NCBI GenBank assembly: GCA_964354755.1
Contig: CAYHBA010000008.1
Span: forward strand, 62,725 to 86,724
DNA length: 24,000 nucleotides
Source of the DNA: an uncultured Thermoplasmata archaeon
GTDB lineage: Archaea; Thermoplasmatota; Thermoplasmata; SG8-5
Reading direction: 5' to 3'
The notes under the pieces were generated by a model that did no database searches, was not told the DNA's origin, and saw only the letters and a program-made list of their open reading frames with translations. The first letter of the stretch is position 1. Every line of letters begins with the position of its first letter. Positions 23,591 to 24,000 of this stretch are shown in pieces. The translations under genes were made by a program, and so were the position numbers.

Positions 23591-23665
23591 GTCAATAATT
23601 CGACGATGTTCAAGTCCAGTTTCCATCATTCATGGACAAGGGCAATTTATAATCAGAAGCAGTCA

Positions 23666-24000
23666 TCACAATTCAGTTTGAACATATAAATATTCGCCGT
23701 TCTCCTCATTAATTATTATTTGTGCCCTATGGTAATTTTCATGTCCACCCAGATATTGCCATCCTATTGTCCAACAAAGGAGAGGGGATTCCAAGGGAAT
23801 TTCTCCACTGTAATTATTAACATCAGGAATTGATTGCTTTATTCCCAAACCCATGCCTTCCAAGGAATTTGGGTATCCCGCTACAAAATCTTTGATTTCA
23901 TCATTTTGTAGAGCCAGACTAAATAAAACTGTACTGTCCATAGTCCAATTTACAATCGGCTTGTACTCATTGTAAACGGAATCTAACGTAAAATCACCTA
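23666..24000 (-). CDS. Hypothetical protein in an AT-rich region; the reading frame stays open to the window edge, so the start is uncertain
   Basis: The track gives 23666-23941 (91 aa). The same frame continues without a stop through 23942-23998 (..GDFTLDSVYNEYKPIVNWT-MDSTVLF..). GC is about 30-40% against about 55% for the rest of the window. No motif recognised. Confidence 0.45.
   Translation of the reverse strand, partial: GDFTLDSVYNEYKPIVNWTMDSTVLFSLALQNDEIKDFVAGYPNSLEGMGLGIKQSIPDVNNYSGEIPLESPLLCWTIGWQYLGGHENYHRAQIIINEENGEYLYVQTEL

Overview
The window looks like a chromosomal segment from an archaeon, probably a Thermoplasmatota-like euryarchaeon. Supporting this are a class I LysRS, a GfcR-type HTH-PRTase regulator, a KaiC/RadA-like ATPase, a Roadblock/LC7 protein, NikR, AT-rich TATA-type promoters, tRNAs without encoded CCA, and a tRNA-Gln with A1-U72. 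Most genes are housekeeping: partial aconitase, lysS, glnS, metG, a PHP phosphoesterase, an aquaporin and an acyl-CoA dehydrogenase. I found no CRISPR array, transposase or recognisable defence operon. Five things stand out. (1) Downstream of tRNA-Phe(GAA) lies a six-unit, roughly 95-nt tandem array of hairpins. Their stems copy the tRNA acceptor stem, most units sit behind a TATA-like box, and the array ends at a sharp drop to about 35% GC, probably an integrated island running off the window. (2) The tRNA-Gln(CUG) locus is tandemly duplicated. One copy is intact. The other keeps a promoter and a perfectly conserved 59-nt 5' part but has a broken 3' end. Each copy is followed by a 72-nt acceptor-stem-mimic hairpin that shows compensatory substitutions. 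(3) A bacterial-type GlnRS lies 1.1 kb from that tRNA-Gln, which is unexpected in an archaeon. (4) A 1986-aa secreted protein fuses an orphan family-5 solute-binding domain, Ig-like domains, a parallel beta-helix block and a duplicated C-terminal module. GC content drops sharply inside the ORF at the beta-helix block. (5) Several repeat-rich non-coding stretches (1772-1990, 2933-3135, 6182-6723) share small palindromic or direct repeats. All functional calls rest on my own reading of motifs in the translations. No database search was run.
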